Shown here one piece after another: positions 18,870-27,903 of a stretch of 64,000 nucleotides of DNA. The position numbers and the translations under genes were made by a program. The notes below the pieces were generated by a model, which saw only the letters and a list, made by a program, of their open reading frames with translations, was not told where the DNA came from and searched no databases. The DNA is taken from positions 708,698 through 772,697 of the forward strand of contig NZ_CP048914.1 of assembly GCF_014023125.1 (NCBI RefSeq). The letters run 5' to 3'. Source of the stretch: Candidatus Xianfuyuplasma coldseepsis (lineage in GTDB: Bacteria > Bacillota_I > Bacilli_A > Izemoplasmatales > Izemoplasmataceae). Positions within the stretch are counted from its first letter, which is position 1. The number at the start of each line of letters is the position of its first letter.

Positions 18870-19430
18870 ATGAGAATAGGATATATGAGAGTATCAACAG
18901 TCGCTCAAAACTTAGATACACAGAAAGCGGCTCTGGAATCATATGGAGTAGAAAGAATCTTTGAAGAGAAAGCGTCTGGAAGAAACATTGAAAGACCAGT
19001 CCTTAAGGAGTTGCTTAAGTTCATCAGATCAGGGGACACGCTTGTAATATATGATTTATCTAGACTGGGTAGGACAGTACATCAAGTTGTAAAATTATTA
19101 GATGACTTCATAAAAAGAAACATTGGTTTCGTATCGCTTAAGGAATCACTGGACATAACCACACCGATGGGTAAAGCAATGGCACACATAATTGCAGTGT
19201 TTAATCAAATGCAAGTGGATGTTCAAAATGAAAAGACTAGAGAAGGACTACTAATCGCAAAAGCAAATGGTAAAAAACTTGGGAGAAAAGCCATTACTCA
19301 AGATAAGATTCTAATGATACAAGCATTATGTAAAGAAGGGTATTCGAATCAAGAAGTTGCAGATAAATTAGGAGTCTCAAGAAGAACTGTAATTAACTAC
19401 AAGAAGGGCTCTAAACAGATAAAAAACTAA
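18870..19430 (+). CDS. Small serine recombinase (resolvase/invertase family)
   Basis: MRIGYMRVSTVAQNLDTQ N-terminal catalytic motif (S10), and a C-terminal HTH (GYSNQEVADKLGVSRRTV). 186 aa. Confidence 0.85.
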   Translation: MRIGYMRVSTVAQNLDTQKAALESYGVERIFEEKASGRNIERPVLKELLKFIRSGDTLVIYDLSRLGRTVHQVVKLLDDFIKRNIGFVSLKESLDITTPMGKAMAHIIAVFNQMQVDVQNEKTREGLLIAKANGKKLGRKAITQDKILMIQALCKEGYSNQEVADKLGVSRRTVINYKKGSKQIKN

Positions 19431-19446
19431 TGTTGAGGTGTAAACT

Positions 19447-19716
19447 ATGGACGAAGATAAAAGAGCATTTCAGGCTAGTGAAAATCAGCTGCTATATAAA
19501 AAAACTTTAAGTTCAGACAACTTCATTATTGATCAAATAAAACAAGCATATCTATTAAGTCTTCCATATCTACCTATGGATTCCTTAGAAGAGTCTGAGA
19601 AGATCGCTTCATTGTTCGATTTATTGAAGAGGAACATGGCTTATAAGAAGGGGTTAATGGATCAGACTGTTAGTCTTATTACTGAGGATGCATTTAATGA
19701 ATGGTTCAAAACTTAA
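19447..19716 (+). CDS. Hypothetical small protein (89 aa) co-transcribed with the recombinase
   Basis: An RBS GAGGTG 6 nt upstream. No motif. Confidence 0.4.
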   Translation: MDEDKRAFQASENQLLYKKTLSSDNFIIDQIKQAYLLSLPYLPMDSLEESEKIASLFDLLKRNMAYKKGLMDQTVSLITEDAFNEWFKT

Positions 19717-19749
19717 AACAATGCTTAAAACTAAAAAAGATGGGCACTA

Positions 19750-20196
19750 CTACATCCATCTTTCTTTTAGTTTGTGTGAAGCTGACAAAATATTAGCAAC
19801 CTTTAGCATCAATGCCGATTTGATACTAATCAAATCTGCTGACAGTTTATTTAGTTTCTCAGTATCTGCTTCAGAGATACTGTTTTTATTTACTGAATCT
19901 TCCTCCAACCTTTTATGGTGTTCCACAAAATCATATGTTTTCATATCAAATAACACGCCTAACTCAGTAATTGTGAGGTCGCTAAAATCACTGTCAGGAA
20001 TGTCTTTAATGAAAAAGGCTTGAACGGGATAATGGTAGAAATCTGCTAGCCTTTCCAAAATATCAAAAGGAATATTCCTATCACCTAATTCATATCTACT
20101 GTAGTTTTGTATCCTGATATCTAAGTGTTGAGCTATATCCTTTTGCCTGAATCCTTTTTGTTTCCTTAGTGTTCTAAGATTGTTGCATATGTTCAT
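19750..20196 (-). CDS. XRE-family HTH transcriptional regulator (repressor-like)
   Basis: HTH_3 motif LRKQKGFRQKDIAQHLDIRIQNYSRYELGDRNIPFDILERLADFY. Confidence 0.8.
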   Translation of the reverse strand: MNICNNLRTLRKQKGFRQKDIAQHLDIRIQNYSRYELGDRNIPFDILERLADFYHYPVQAFFIKDIPDSDFSDLTITELGVLFDMKTYDFVEHHKRLEEDSVNKNSISEADTEKLNKLSADLISIKSALMLKVANILSASHKLKERWM

Positions 20197-20229
20197 ATAA
20201 TCTCACCTCATCTAAATTATAACATCCTA

Positions 20230-20305
20230 TCACCATTTTGGTGAATATTTCTTCAAACCTATACACCCCTGAATTGAAAAACTAATTTATTCACCGTTTT
20301 GGTGA
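20230..20305. promoter_or_regulatory. Two copies of the 15-bp palindrome TCACC-N5-GGTGA (20230-20244 and 20291-20305), centres 61 bp apart. Candidate operators of the XRE repressor in the XRE/int divergent region.
   Basis: TCACCATTTTGGTGA and TCACCGTTTTGGTGA are both perfect 5-N5-5 inverted repeats. Confidence 0.45.
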
Positions 20306-20450
20306 TTTTATTGGAAAGAGCACATGAAATGTCCTGTATTTAAACCGCATAATAAAGCCATCTTGTTAAAATGGGCTTTTTTGGCTCAAAAAAAACACAC
20401 CTCTAGTATATACGTAGGTGTATAGTGCTTGACACATCCAACAATAAAAA

Positions 20451-21683
20451 ATGAAGGAGTTGATAAAAGTGAAAATGAATCAAGCCCTAGATAATTTTTT
20501 AAAGCTGAAAGAGGCAACGTTTAAACCTGAAACTGTAAGATACTATAAAGGAAAGATACCTACGATTAAGAAGTTCATGGGTAATCTAGATGTTGAAGAA
20601 GTAACAGATGTTGACATTGCAGACTTTCTACTCAAACTCAAAGAAAGAAACCCGGAAATCTCCAAACGAACACAAAGGAAATACGTTGACATCATCATGA
20701 GTATAGTCAACAAAGGAAAAAAAGAAGCTGATAAACTTAAATTTACCAGACCAAAACCTGTTTTGAAAAAGATTAAAAAGGTATCAGATGAAAACATAGC
20801 TCTGATACTTAATTACTATGTATCAAATCTTAGCTATGCAAATAATCACAAGTACTACTTGTTAATCAATCTTCTTCTTGATACAGGTGTCCGCATTAAT
20901 GAACTAGTAAACATTAAGATGAAGAACATCAATCTATCTATGAATAGCATCCATCTAGATGTGACCAAGACAGATTCAGATCGAACTGTGTATTTTAGTG
21001 ATAGGACAAGACAAATACTTCTAAGCTACATTAACAAACACATTGATGGTCACGAATATCTCTTCTACAGCCAGGATGGTAAGGGTCATATTCATAGAGA
21101 CTCTGTATACAAATCTATAGCGAGATTGCAAAAAAGACTAAACATAAAACAATCAATAAGTCCACATAAGTTTCGTCATGCTTTTGCAACAAAGCTTCTT
21201 AGAAAAACAGGTGACATCGAAGTGGTAAGACAATTGCTTGGGCATAAGCATCTTGAAACCACACAAATATATCTAGACTATGAAGACGAGTACTTGAAGA
21301 AGGTCTACGATAAAGCAATGAATAACAATGGTATGTATAATGCCAAAAATCAAAATAAGGAGGATCAAGATTTGAGCAAAGCTAAAGTACTTCAAGATCA
21401 TTATCAAGTGAAATGTGATGTGTGTAACACAGACATAAACACTCCAAAAGATGACATACAGATATATTGTCCAAAATGTGGATCAGTTATCACAGTGTTA
21501 CACGATAAAGACAATCATGCTTATGCAATTGAAACCGGAGTTCTTGTTGCATCTTCATTTCTCCCTGGAGAACCTAAGAAATATGTTATACACAAAGATG
21601 GTAATCGAGGTAACAATAACGTTGCAAATCTACAATGGAGCGATCACCCCGACTATCCAAGCCAAGATAAACAAATCAACTAG
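20451..21683 (+). CDS. int: Tyrosine site-specific integrase with a C-terminal Zn-ribbon plus HNH_3-like extension
   Basis: R (TGVRINEL), HKFRHAF, and LGHKHLETTQIYLDY catalytic motifs. The C-terminal roughly 120 aa contain CDVC...CPKC and HKDGNRGNNNVANLQW. The true start is possibly GTG 20469 or ATG 20475, after AAGGAG. Confidence 0.85.
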   Translation: MKELIKVKMNQALDNFLKLKEATFKPETVRYYKGKIPTIKKFMGNLDVEEVTDVDIADFLLKLKERNPEISKRTQRKYVDIIMSIVNKGKKEADKLKFTRPKPVLKKIKKVSDENIALILNYYVSNLSYANNHKYYLLINLLLDTGVRINELVNIKMKNINLSMNSIHLDVTKTDSDRTVYFSDRTRQILLSYINKHIDGHEYLFYSQDGKGHIHRDSVYKSIARLQKRLNIKQSISPHKFRHAFATKLLRKTGDIEVVRQLLGHKHLETTQIYLDYEDEYLKKVYDKAMNNNGMYNAKNQNKEDQDLSKAKVLQDHYQVKCDVCNTDINTPKDDIQIYCPKCGSVITVLHDKDNHAYAIETGVLVASSFLPGEPKKYVIHKDGNRGNNNVANLQWSDHPDYPSQDKQIN

Positions 21684-21772
21684 GTAATACATAAAAATGG
21701 TATGTACTAGCGGTCATTTCAAGACTAGAGCAAATAAAAAAGCAAACCTAATGGCTTGCCTAAGCTCTTAAG

Positions 21773-21847
21773 TGGCAGGGGTGACAGGATTTGAACCCGT
21801 ACTAACGGTTTTGGAGACCGCTGTGCTACCATTGACACCACACCCCT
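21773..21847 (-). tRNA. tRNA-Trp: tRNA-Trp (CCA anticodon), the integration target
   Basis: Reverse complement AGGGGTGTGGTGTCAATGGTAGCACAGCGGTCTCCAAAACCGTTAGTACGGGTTCAAATCCTGTCACCCCTGCCA. The acceptor stem pairs, and the anticodon loop is CTCCAAA. Confidence 0.9.
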
Positions 21848-21851
21848 AAGA

Positions 21852-21935
21852 TGGTGGGAGGGGACGGATTTGAACCGCCGAACCCGAGGGAACAGAGTTA
21901 CAGTCTGTCGCGTTTAACCACTTCGCTACCCGCCC
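21852..21935 (-). tRNA. tRNA-Tyr: tRNA-Tyr (GTA anticodon, long variable arm)
   Basis: Reverse complement GGGCGGGTAGCGAAGTGGTTAAACGCGACAGACTGTAACTCTG...TTCAAATCCGTCCCCTCCCACCA, with anticodon loop CTGTAAC. Confidence 0.85.
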
Positions 21936-21968
21936 ACTAATCTGGCTCTATTTCTAGAGCGCTATTAT

Positions 21969-21997
21969 ATTATAGCAAAGTGATATTATAAAATCAA
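21969..21997 (-). promoter_or_regulatory. Promoter of the tRNA-Tyr/tRNA-Trp operon (TTGATT-17-TATAAT, minus strand)
   Basis: -10 at 21969-21974 and -35 at 21992-21997, read on the minus strand. Confidence 0.5.
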
Positions 21998-22349
21998 TGG
22001 TTTTGTGTATAGAAAAAAGACTGGATAAAATCCAGCCTCTTGTTCGCTTGACAATTATGTGTGTAATCCGTCTTTATTGTGAGAAAACTTAATGGATTAA
22101 ATAGATAACACGACTATCCCTTACGATAGTTTCCTTGAAATCCGCTTGTGTTACAAATAGAACCATATGATGTGTACGTTATGAAGTTATGACCTAACGG
22201 AACCACCTTATAATGCAAACGAATGTAGAAGAGAAAACGTTATATAGAACTGAATAATCCCCTTGATTATTTCAGAACTACAGTATGGATTATATCATGT
22301 TTAAAATGAAAATACAAAAAAAGCAAAGCGGAGAGCAATCTCCGCTTTG

Positions 22350-24737
22350 TTACTTGATTGTATAGCCTTTTTGTTCAATCGCTTCTCGTGCAACTGCGAC
22401 CGATCTTCCATCTAAATCAAAGTTGACAATCTTGGTATCAAGATCAATGATAATGTTGGAAAACCCTTTTTCTGATAAGGCTTTTTCAATCGTCATCTTG
22501 CAATGATTGCAAGTCATATCAGGTACTTCTAGTTTTGCCATATCGGTTGTACCTCCTTTTTCAGATTTGAATTCTGGTAATTTATATGCTTTTAAGCGTA
22601 ATGCGTTTAAGACAACAGTAATACTACTGAAGGCCATTGCTGCTGCTGCGACAACCATACTAAGGCGTCCGGTTGCAGCAAGTGGAATCGCTACAAGGTT
22701 GTAACTAAATGCCCAACCAAAGTTTTGATAAATGTTTTTTAGTGTTGCTTTGGACATATCAATCGCTTTAATAACAAGACCGAGATCATAACTCATTAAG
22801 GTAACGTCACTACTATCAATTGCAACGTCGGTACCATGTCCCATGGCAATTCCAACATCAGCCAATTTTAAAGCTGGTGCATCATTGATTCCGTCACCAA
22901 CAAAGGCTACAACATGTCCTTCTGCTTGAATGCTCTCTATGATTTTTGCTTTTTCGTGTGGTAGGACTTCACTATGGACATGCTCAATGCCAAGTTCTTT
23001 GGCGATTTGATTGGCAACCACATGGTTATCACCTGTAATCATATAAGGTATTAATCCTCGTGCTTTCATTTCGGTGATGACTTGTTTTGACGTATCTTTG
23101 ATTTCATCACGAACAGCATACATTGCTTCTACTTTATTATCAACAATCACAAAGTTTACTGTTTTTGCCTGATTGATTAATGTTGTATGCTCATCCGCAA
23201 AAGGATTCGTGAGAGATAAATCATGGAGTAATTTATGGGATCCAACGACAATGTCTTTCCCATCAACAACACCTTTAATCCCTTTTCCTTCAATCGTTTC
23301 AAATTGTTTGACAGGTAAGGATTTGATATTGTGATCCTTCATATAATCCAGCACTGCACCACTAATTGGGTGATTACTGTCTTTTTCTAAGGAGTATAGA
23401 AGTTGTAATACGTCTTCATTTCCCACATAATCCGTAACACTCGGTTTCCCAACGGTTAGGGTTCCGGTTTTATCAAAGGCAATCGCTTCGATTTTGTTCG
23501 CGAGTTCAAAGAATTCGCCACCTTTATATAAAATATGATGTTGCGCAGCTTTACCATTTCCAACAAGAATACTTGTAGGTGTCGCTAACCCAAGAGCACA
23601 CGGACAACTAATAACGAGGATTGCTATGGTCCGTTCAAAGGCAATACTGAAATCATACCCTAAGAAAGCAAAATGAATAATGAAGTTCAATAATGCAATG
23701 GATACAACAATCGGAACGAAGTATGATGCGATTTTGTCCGCTGATCGCTGAATCGGTGGTTTTTCTGCACTGGCTTCTTCTACGTGCTGAATGATTTGTG
23801 CCAACATCGTATCACTACCAATTTTTGTTGCTTCAATAATGATTCGTTGACGTTGATTAATGGTTGCACCAATGACCTTGGATCCCGCCTCTTTCTTAAC
23901 TGGGATACTTTCTCCAGTAATCATCGATTCATCGATATAAGTCGTTCCTTCAACAACTTTTCCGTCTACAGGAATTTTCTCATTGGCTAAGACAACCAGG
24001 TGATCTCCTAAGAAGACCTCATCGATGTCAACCATCTGTTCCTTGCCGTCTTTTAGAACACGGGCTTCTTTTGCTCCTAAGTTCATCAGTTCGACTAATG
24101 CATCTGTCGTCCGTTCTTTGGCAATATGTTCAATGTAATTCCCGATTAATACCATCGTTATAATTAAGGCACTAATTTCAAAGTAATAGGTTGGGTGCAT
24201 AACAGGATTTTGAAGTTGTTCAATCAGTAAATAGATACTGTATAAGTACGCACTGGTGGTTCCCATAACAACCAAGATATCCATACCAAGTACTTTTTTC
24301 TTAATACTGTGGTAGGCTGCTAAATAGAACCGTTTCCCAATATAGAACTGAACGATCCCAGCAACAACTAATTGGAAGATCCCATCTTTTAATAGTTCTG
24401 GTACCCAGATAAAGGATGTAAATGACAAGTGACTAAACATCGCCCAGAGCAATGGAATACTGAAGAATACGGAGATGTAGATTTCCTTCCGCATTTTCAT
24501 TCGTAGTTTTTTGGCATCATCGAGGTTTTCTTCAATGACGGGTTCATACCCGATTTCTTCGACGATTTTAGCGATATCAATTAATGTATAGGTTTCTTCA
24601 TCGTAGGTAAAAATAACTTTCCCCGCACCGACATTAACATTGGCGCTAATTCCTTCATAGTGCTCAAATGTGTTGGTAATCGTTTTGGCACACATCGCGC
24701 ATGTCATCCCATTGACTTTCATGCTTTTCTTAATCAT
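22350..24737 (-). CDS. copA: Copper-translocating P1B-type ATPase with an N-terminal HMA domain and an extra C-terminal HMA (CopZ-like) domain
   Basis: MTCAMC (N-terminal HMA), CPC transmembrane motif, DKTGTLT phosphorylation site, GDGINDAP, and C-terminal MTCNHC. Confidence 0.9.
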   Translation of the reverse strand: MIKKSMKVNGMTCAMCAKTITNTFEHYEGISANVNVGAGKVIFTYDEETYTLIDIAKIVEEIGYEPVIEENLDDAKKLRMKMRKEIYISVFFSIPLLWAMFSHLSFTSFIWVPELLKDGIFQLVVAGIVQFYIGKRFYLAAYHSIKKKVLGMDILVVMGTTSAYLYSIYLLIEQLQNPVMHPTYYFEISALIITMVLIGNYIEHIAKERTTDALVELMNLGAKEARVLKDGKEQMVDIDEVFLGDHLVVLANEKIPVDGKVVEGTTYIDESMITGESIPVKKEAGSKVIGATINQRQRIIIEATKIGSDTMLAQIIQHVEEASAEKPPIQRSADKIASYFVPIVVSIALLNFIIHFAFLGYDFSIAFERTIAILVISCPCALGLATPTSILVGNGKAAQHHILYKGGEFFELANKIEAIAFDKTGTLTVGKPSVTDYVGNEDVLQLLYSLEKDSNHPISGAVLDYMKDHNIKSLPVKQFETIEGKGIKGVVDGKDIVVGSHKLLHDLSLTNPFADEHTTLINQAKTVNFVIVDNKVEAMYAVRDEIKDTSKQVITEMKARGLIPYMITGDNHVVANQIAKELGIEHVHSEVLPHEKAKIIESIQAEGHVVAFVGDGINDAPALKLADVGIAMGHGTDVAIDSSDVTLMSYDLGLVIKAIDMSKATLKNIYQNFGWAFSYNLVAIPLAATGRLSMVVAAAAMAFSSITVVLNALRLKAYKLPEFKSEKGGTTDMAKLEVPDMTCNHCKMTIEKALSEKGFSNIIIDLDTKIVNFDLDGRSVAVAREAIEQKGYTIK

Positions 24738-24740
24738 CTG

Positions 24741-25109
24741 TTAACTCGCCTCGTTTCGATATGTACGACAAACATAGATGTTGTCATCTTTTACATCTTC
24801 ATGATGTAGAAATTCTTCATAATCTTGCTGTAATAATGGCTCTGCAAAGCGTAAATCTTTAATATGGTTAATCAAGTGCTCGTTTTCTTTGAATGTATCG
24901 GTTATGAAATAAAACCCACGTTGTTTATCACGCCTCACATCAACGATGTTGGCGTCTTTTAAACTACTTAGATTCTTTGATATGTTCACTTGTCGGATGT
25001 TTGTGATCTCTTCGAGTTCACAGACACATAGTTCATTCTCCAACAGCAAACTAACCAGTCGTAGTTTGGTATTATTACTGATACTCTTTAAATAGGTTAG
25101 ACTCTTCAT
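24741..25109 (-). CDS. ArsR/SmtB-family metalloregulator
   Basis: The ELCVCEL metal-site motif in an HTH context. Immediately upstream of copA. Confidence 0.7.
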   Translation of the reverse strand: MKSLTYLKSISNNTKLRLVSLLLENELCVCELEEITNIRQVNISKNLSSLKDANIVDVRRDKQRGFYFITDTFKENEHLINHIKDLRFAEPLLQQDYEEFLHHEDVKDDNIYVCRTYRNEAS

Positions 25110-25144
25110 CTAATCACCTCGCATGTTCATATTACCACATCGTT

Positions 25145-25164
25145 ATATTCCATTGAAGGAATAT
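25145..25164. promoter_or_regulatory. Inverted repeat ATATTCC-N6-GGAATAT, a candidate ArsR/SmtB operator upstream of the regulator-copA operon
   Basis: Perfect 7-N6-7 palindrome, about 40 bp upstream of the start codon at 25109. Confidence 0.4.
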
Positions 25165-25203
25165 ACGTTATTTTCTAAATAACAAGCCCCTGAAACATGT
25201 TTC

Positions 25204-25232
25204 TTGACAAATAAGTTGTTTGTTTGTATACT
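25204..25232 (+). promoter_or_regulatory. Promoter TTGACA-17-TATACT for the thioredoxin-like gene
   Basis: -35 at 25204-25209 and -10 at 25227-25232. Confidence 0.5.
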
Positions 25233-25308
25233 AACTTTCGTATTACATAATGACTTTTGTAATCACCTATTGTATACTACAATTGTCAACCCATATATTG
25301 GAGGTACG

Positions 25309-25621
25309 TATGAACGTATTAACGACCTATAAAGAGATTGAAATAACATTGCAGAAAGACTTTGTGATGGTGATTGCGAAATCCCATACTTGTACCGCTT
25401 GTCAAAGCATTTTAAATATGTTAGAACACAATGTGAAAAACTTGGATCAAATTGAGATTTATAACGTCTTTATTGATGATATGGATCAATTCCGAGGGGA
25501 TCACTTGATTTTTAGTGTACCAACCGTCTTAATATTTAGTGAAGGTAAAGAATTATTACGAGAATCACGCTATATTAACTATAGTAAAATAGAACGCTTA
25601 ATCGATTTATATCGCAATTAA
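25309..25621 (+). CDS. Thioredoxin-family protein
   Basis: CTAC (CxxC) motif. The start was chosen at the ATG after GGAGGT. The track ORF starts further upstream. Confidence 0.55.
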
Positions 25622-25622
25622 A

Positions 25623-25646
25623 AAGGATGCTCAGCATCCTTTTTTG
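25623..25646. terminator. Bidirectional rho-independent terminator (AAAAAGGATGCTCAGCATCCTTTTTT)
   Basis: A perfect hairpin with A and T runs on both sides, between convergent genes. Confidence 0.75.
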
Positions 25647-25647
25647 T

Positions 25648-26631
25648 TTACCATAAATAATGAACAGGGTCTTTGATATACTTGTTATAAATATCTTCGA
25701 CTGCTTTCATTTGCTTTTTTGTTAATGGTGGCAGCTCTGCAGCTTCGGCATTGGAGATAATATGTTCGGCTTTACTAGCGCCAGGAATGACGGTGCTAAC
25801 CGCATCAAACATTAAAATCCAACGCAATGCAATTTGAGCTAAGTTTTGATTTGGGAATACTTTTTTAAGCTCTTCAACTGCTTCCAATCCTAATTCGTAA
25901 TCCACACCACTAAAGGTTTCGCCCTTATCAAATGCTTCCCCGTTACGATTAAATGTACGGTGATCCCCAGGACTGAAGGTTGTTTTTTTGGTGTATTTAC
26001 CGGTTAAAAGTCCACTAGCAAGAGGAACCCGAACAATAATGGCTACATCGTTCTTCTTCGCTTGTTCAAATAGTAGTTCTAATGGACGTAAACGGAACAT
26101 ATTAAAGATGACTTCAATTGCTGCTACACCTTCATATTCCATCGCTTTTAAGCCTTCTTCGACTTTTTCGATACTGACACCATAATGCGTTATTTTACCT
26201 TCTTCTTTTAACGTATCTAGAAGTTTAAATACATCGGGATTATAATACACATCGGTTGGTGGACAGTGCAATAGAACCATATCGAGTGATTCAACATCTA
26301 AGCGTTTACGACTATCATCAATAAAATAACGAATGTTTTCTTCGTTGTATCCCTCAGCAACATGGGGATTAAGTCGTCGCCCGGTCTTTGTGATCACAAA
26401 TGGCTTTTCATCTAAGGTCTTGATGTATTGCCCAATCGCTTCCTCACTCGCTCCGCCTTGATATACATCCGCCGTATCATAGCAGTTTATATCTTGTGCC
26501 GTAGCCCCTTCTAATGTTTCTTGTGCTACTTTGGCATCAAATGGATCTCCCCATTTGGAACCAAGTTGCCATGTTCCAAGAGAAATTTCTGATACCATTA
26601 CATCGGTTTTACCAAATCGTCTTTTCTTCAT
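25648..26631 (-). CDS. Aldo/keto reductase family oxidoreductase
   Basis: AKR fold motifs. Start at the ATG (MKKRRFGKT) with an AAGGAGG RBS. Confidence 0.8.
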   Translation of the reverse strand: MKKRRFGKTDVMVSEISLGTWQLGSKWGDPFDAKVAQETLEGATAQDINCYDTADVYQGGASEEAIGQYIKTLDEKPFVITKTGRRLNPHVAEGYNEENIRYFIDDSRKRLDVESLDMVLLHCPPTDVYYNPDVFKLLDTLKEEGKITHYGVSIEKVEEGLKAMEYEGVAAIEVIFNMFRLRPLELLFEQAKKNDVAIIVRVPLASGLLTGKYTKKTTFSPGDHRTFNRNGEAFDKGETFSGVDYELGLEAVEELKKVFPNQNLAQIALRWILMFDAVSTVIPGASKAEHIISNAEAAELPPLTKKQMKAVEDIYNKYIKDPVHYLW

Positions 26632-26750
26632 AAAAATCCTCCTTCTATTCACTTACTATTATACAACATCCCCACGGAAAAACACATTTATAACAAATAT
26701 ATTATTAGAATCAAAGATTTATACGGTATACTGTATATGAGGTGATCATC

Positions 26751-27113
26751 ATGAAAATAGCCATCATCGCACATGATAAGAAAAAAGACGAAATGATAAC
26801 ATTCTGTAAACGACATAAGGATATTCTTGCTCGACATCAATTGTTTGCCACAGGTACCACCGGACATCGTGTTATGGAAGAAACTGGACTGATAATCCAT
26901 TGTTTTAAATCCGGTCCACTTGGTGGAGACCAAGAAATTGGGGCTCGTGTTGCCAATGGAGATATTGATTTAATCCTGTTTTTCCGCGATCCATTAACCG
27001 CTCAACCACATGAACCGGATGTTTCCGCATTATTCCGCTTAAGCGATGTATACAAAATTCCGCTCGCTAGTAATATCAATACCGCAGAAATGTTCTTTAA
27101 AACATTAAAATAA
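26751..27113 (+). CDS. mgsA: Methylglyoxal synthase
   Basis: [15 protein letters not shown]...LFATGTTG. Typical MgsA N-terminus and length. Confidence 0.85.
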   Translation: MKIAIIAHDKKKDEMITFCKRHKDILARHQLFATGTTGHRVMEETGLIIHCFKSGPLGGDQEIGARVANGDIDLILFFRDPLTAQPHEPDVSALFRLSDVYKIPLASNINTAEMFFKTLK

Positions 27114-27137
27114 CGCTCAAGTGAGCGTTATTTTTTT
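27114..27137. terminator. Bidirectional terminator (AACGCTCAAGTGAGCGTTATTTTTTT)
   Basis: A hairpin plus a T-run, between mgsA and the convergent ABC permease. Confidence 0.7.
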
Positions 27138-27903
27138 AGTTGATATCTAATTTTTGAACCTTCCAGACGGATAGTCCTAAGAAGCCGAGTGTAAACAATA
27201 CCGTTACGATAATATTCCAAACAAACACACCGGTTTCATTCACCTCGTATAAAACTCCTACAATACTGTTAACGAGCATTCCAGGTAGTACTTCAAAGAC
27301 AGGAACGTCCCCAAATATGGTAAATATACTTATCAGTATGTATACTCCAAACGTTAATGAAATAGCTGGTAAATAGTTCTTGGTGATGGTGGCAAAGAAC
27401 ATTGCAATTGCCGAGATAAAGGCTAGATAAAGCAGATATAACGACATCATCGCAAGTCCCTTGGCAAAGAAGATTTCATCAAATAAGAAGTACGTGTAAT
27501 ATGTGAATAATAAATATCCAATAAAGGTGGATATGGTAATCATAATCATAAATGCCAGATACTTACTGAGTACGTATTTTGTACGATTAATTGGTTTACT
27601 GAAAATTAACGCAGCAAGACCTTTGGATTTATCACGAATGAAGATGCTTACCGAGACAAATAATACAACGAAGAAGATGGTTTCGAATAAATCAGAGATG
27701 TACTGTTCATAGGCGGTATATACCGTTGGTGTACCAAAATCAATCTGGATATCGGTACCGCCAGTTAACGCTTCTAAAATTTCTCCAATGTATTTTGCGG
27801 TAAGTGGTGACAAAATGGAAAAGAGAACAAATACAGCGGCAAAAACGGTTAATTTATGGGTTTTGATCAGATAGAAGAAATCGTATTTAAGTAGTTTTTT
27901 CAT
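27136..27903 (-). CDS. ABC-2 type transporter permease
   Basis: 255 aa with 6 TM helices, overlapping the upstream ATPase gene. Confidence 0.6.
   Translation of the reverse strand: MKKLLKYDFFYLIKTHKLTVFAAVFVLFSILSPLTAKYIGEILEALTGGTDIQIDFGTPTVYTAYEQYISDLFETIFFVVLFVSVSIFIRDKSKGLAALIFSKPINRTKYVLSKYLAFMIMITISTFIGYLLFTYYTYFLFDEIFFAKGLAMMSLYLLYLAFISAIAMFFATITKNYLPAISLTFGVYILISIFTIFGDVPVFEVLPGMLVNSIVGVLYEVNETGVFVWNIIVTVLFTLGFLGLSVWKVQKLDIN

Larger units (their letters stand above)
4816..21772. mobile_element. tRNA-Trp-integrated genomic island (about 17 kb) carrying a Type I R-M system, candidate Abi/nuclease genes, and integrase/recombinase/repressor functions
   Basis: Bounded by the 48-bp direct repeat. 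A tyrosine integrase lies adjacent to the intact tRNA. Gene content is phage/defense-like. Confidence 0.75.
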
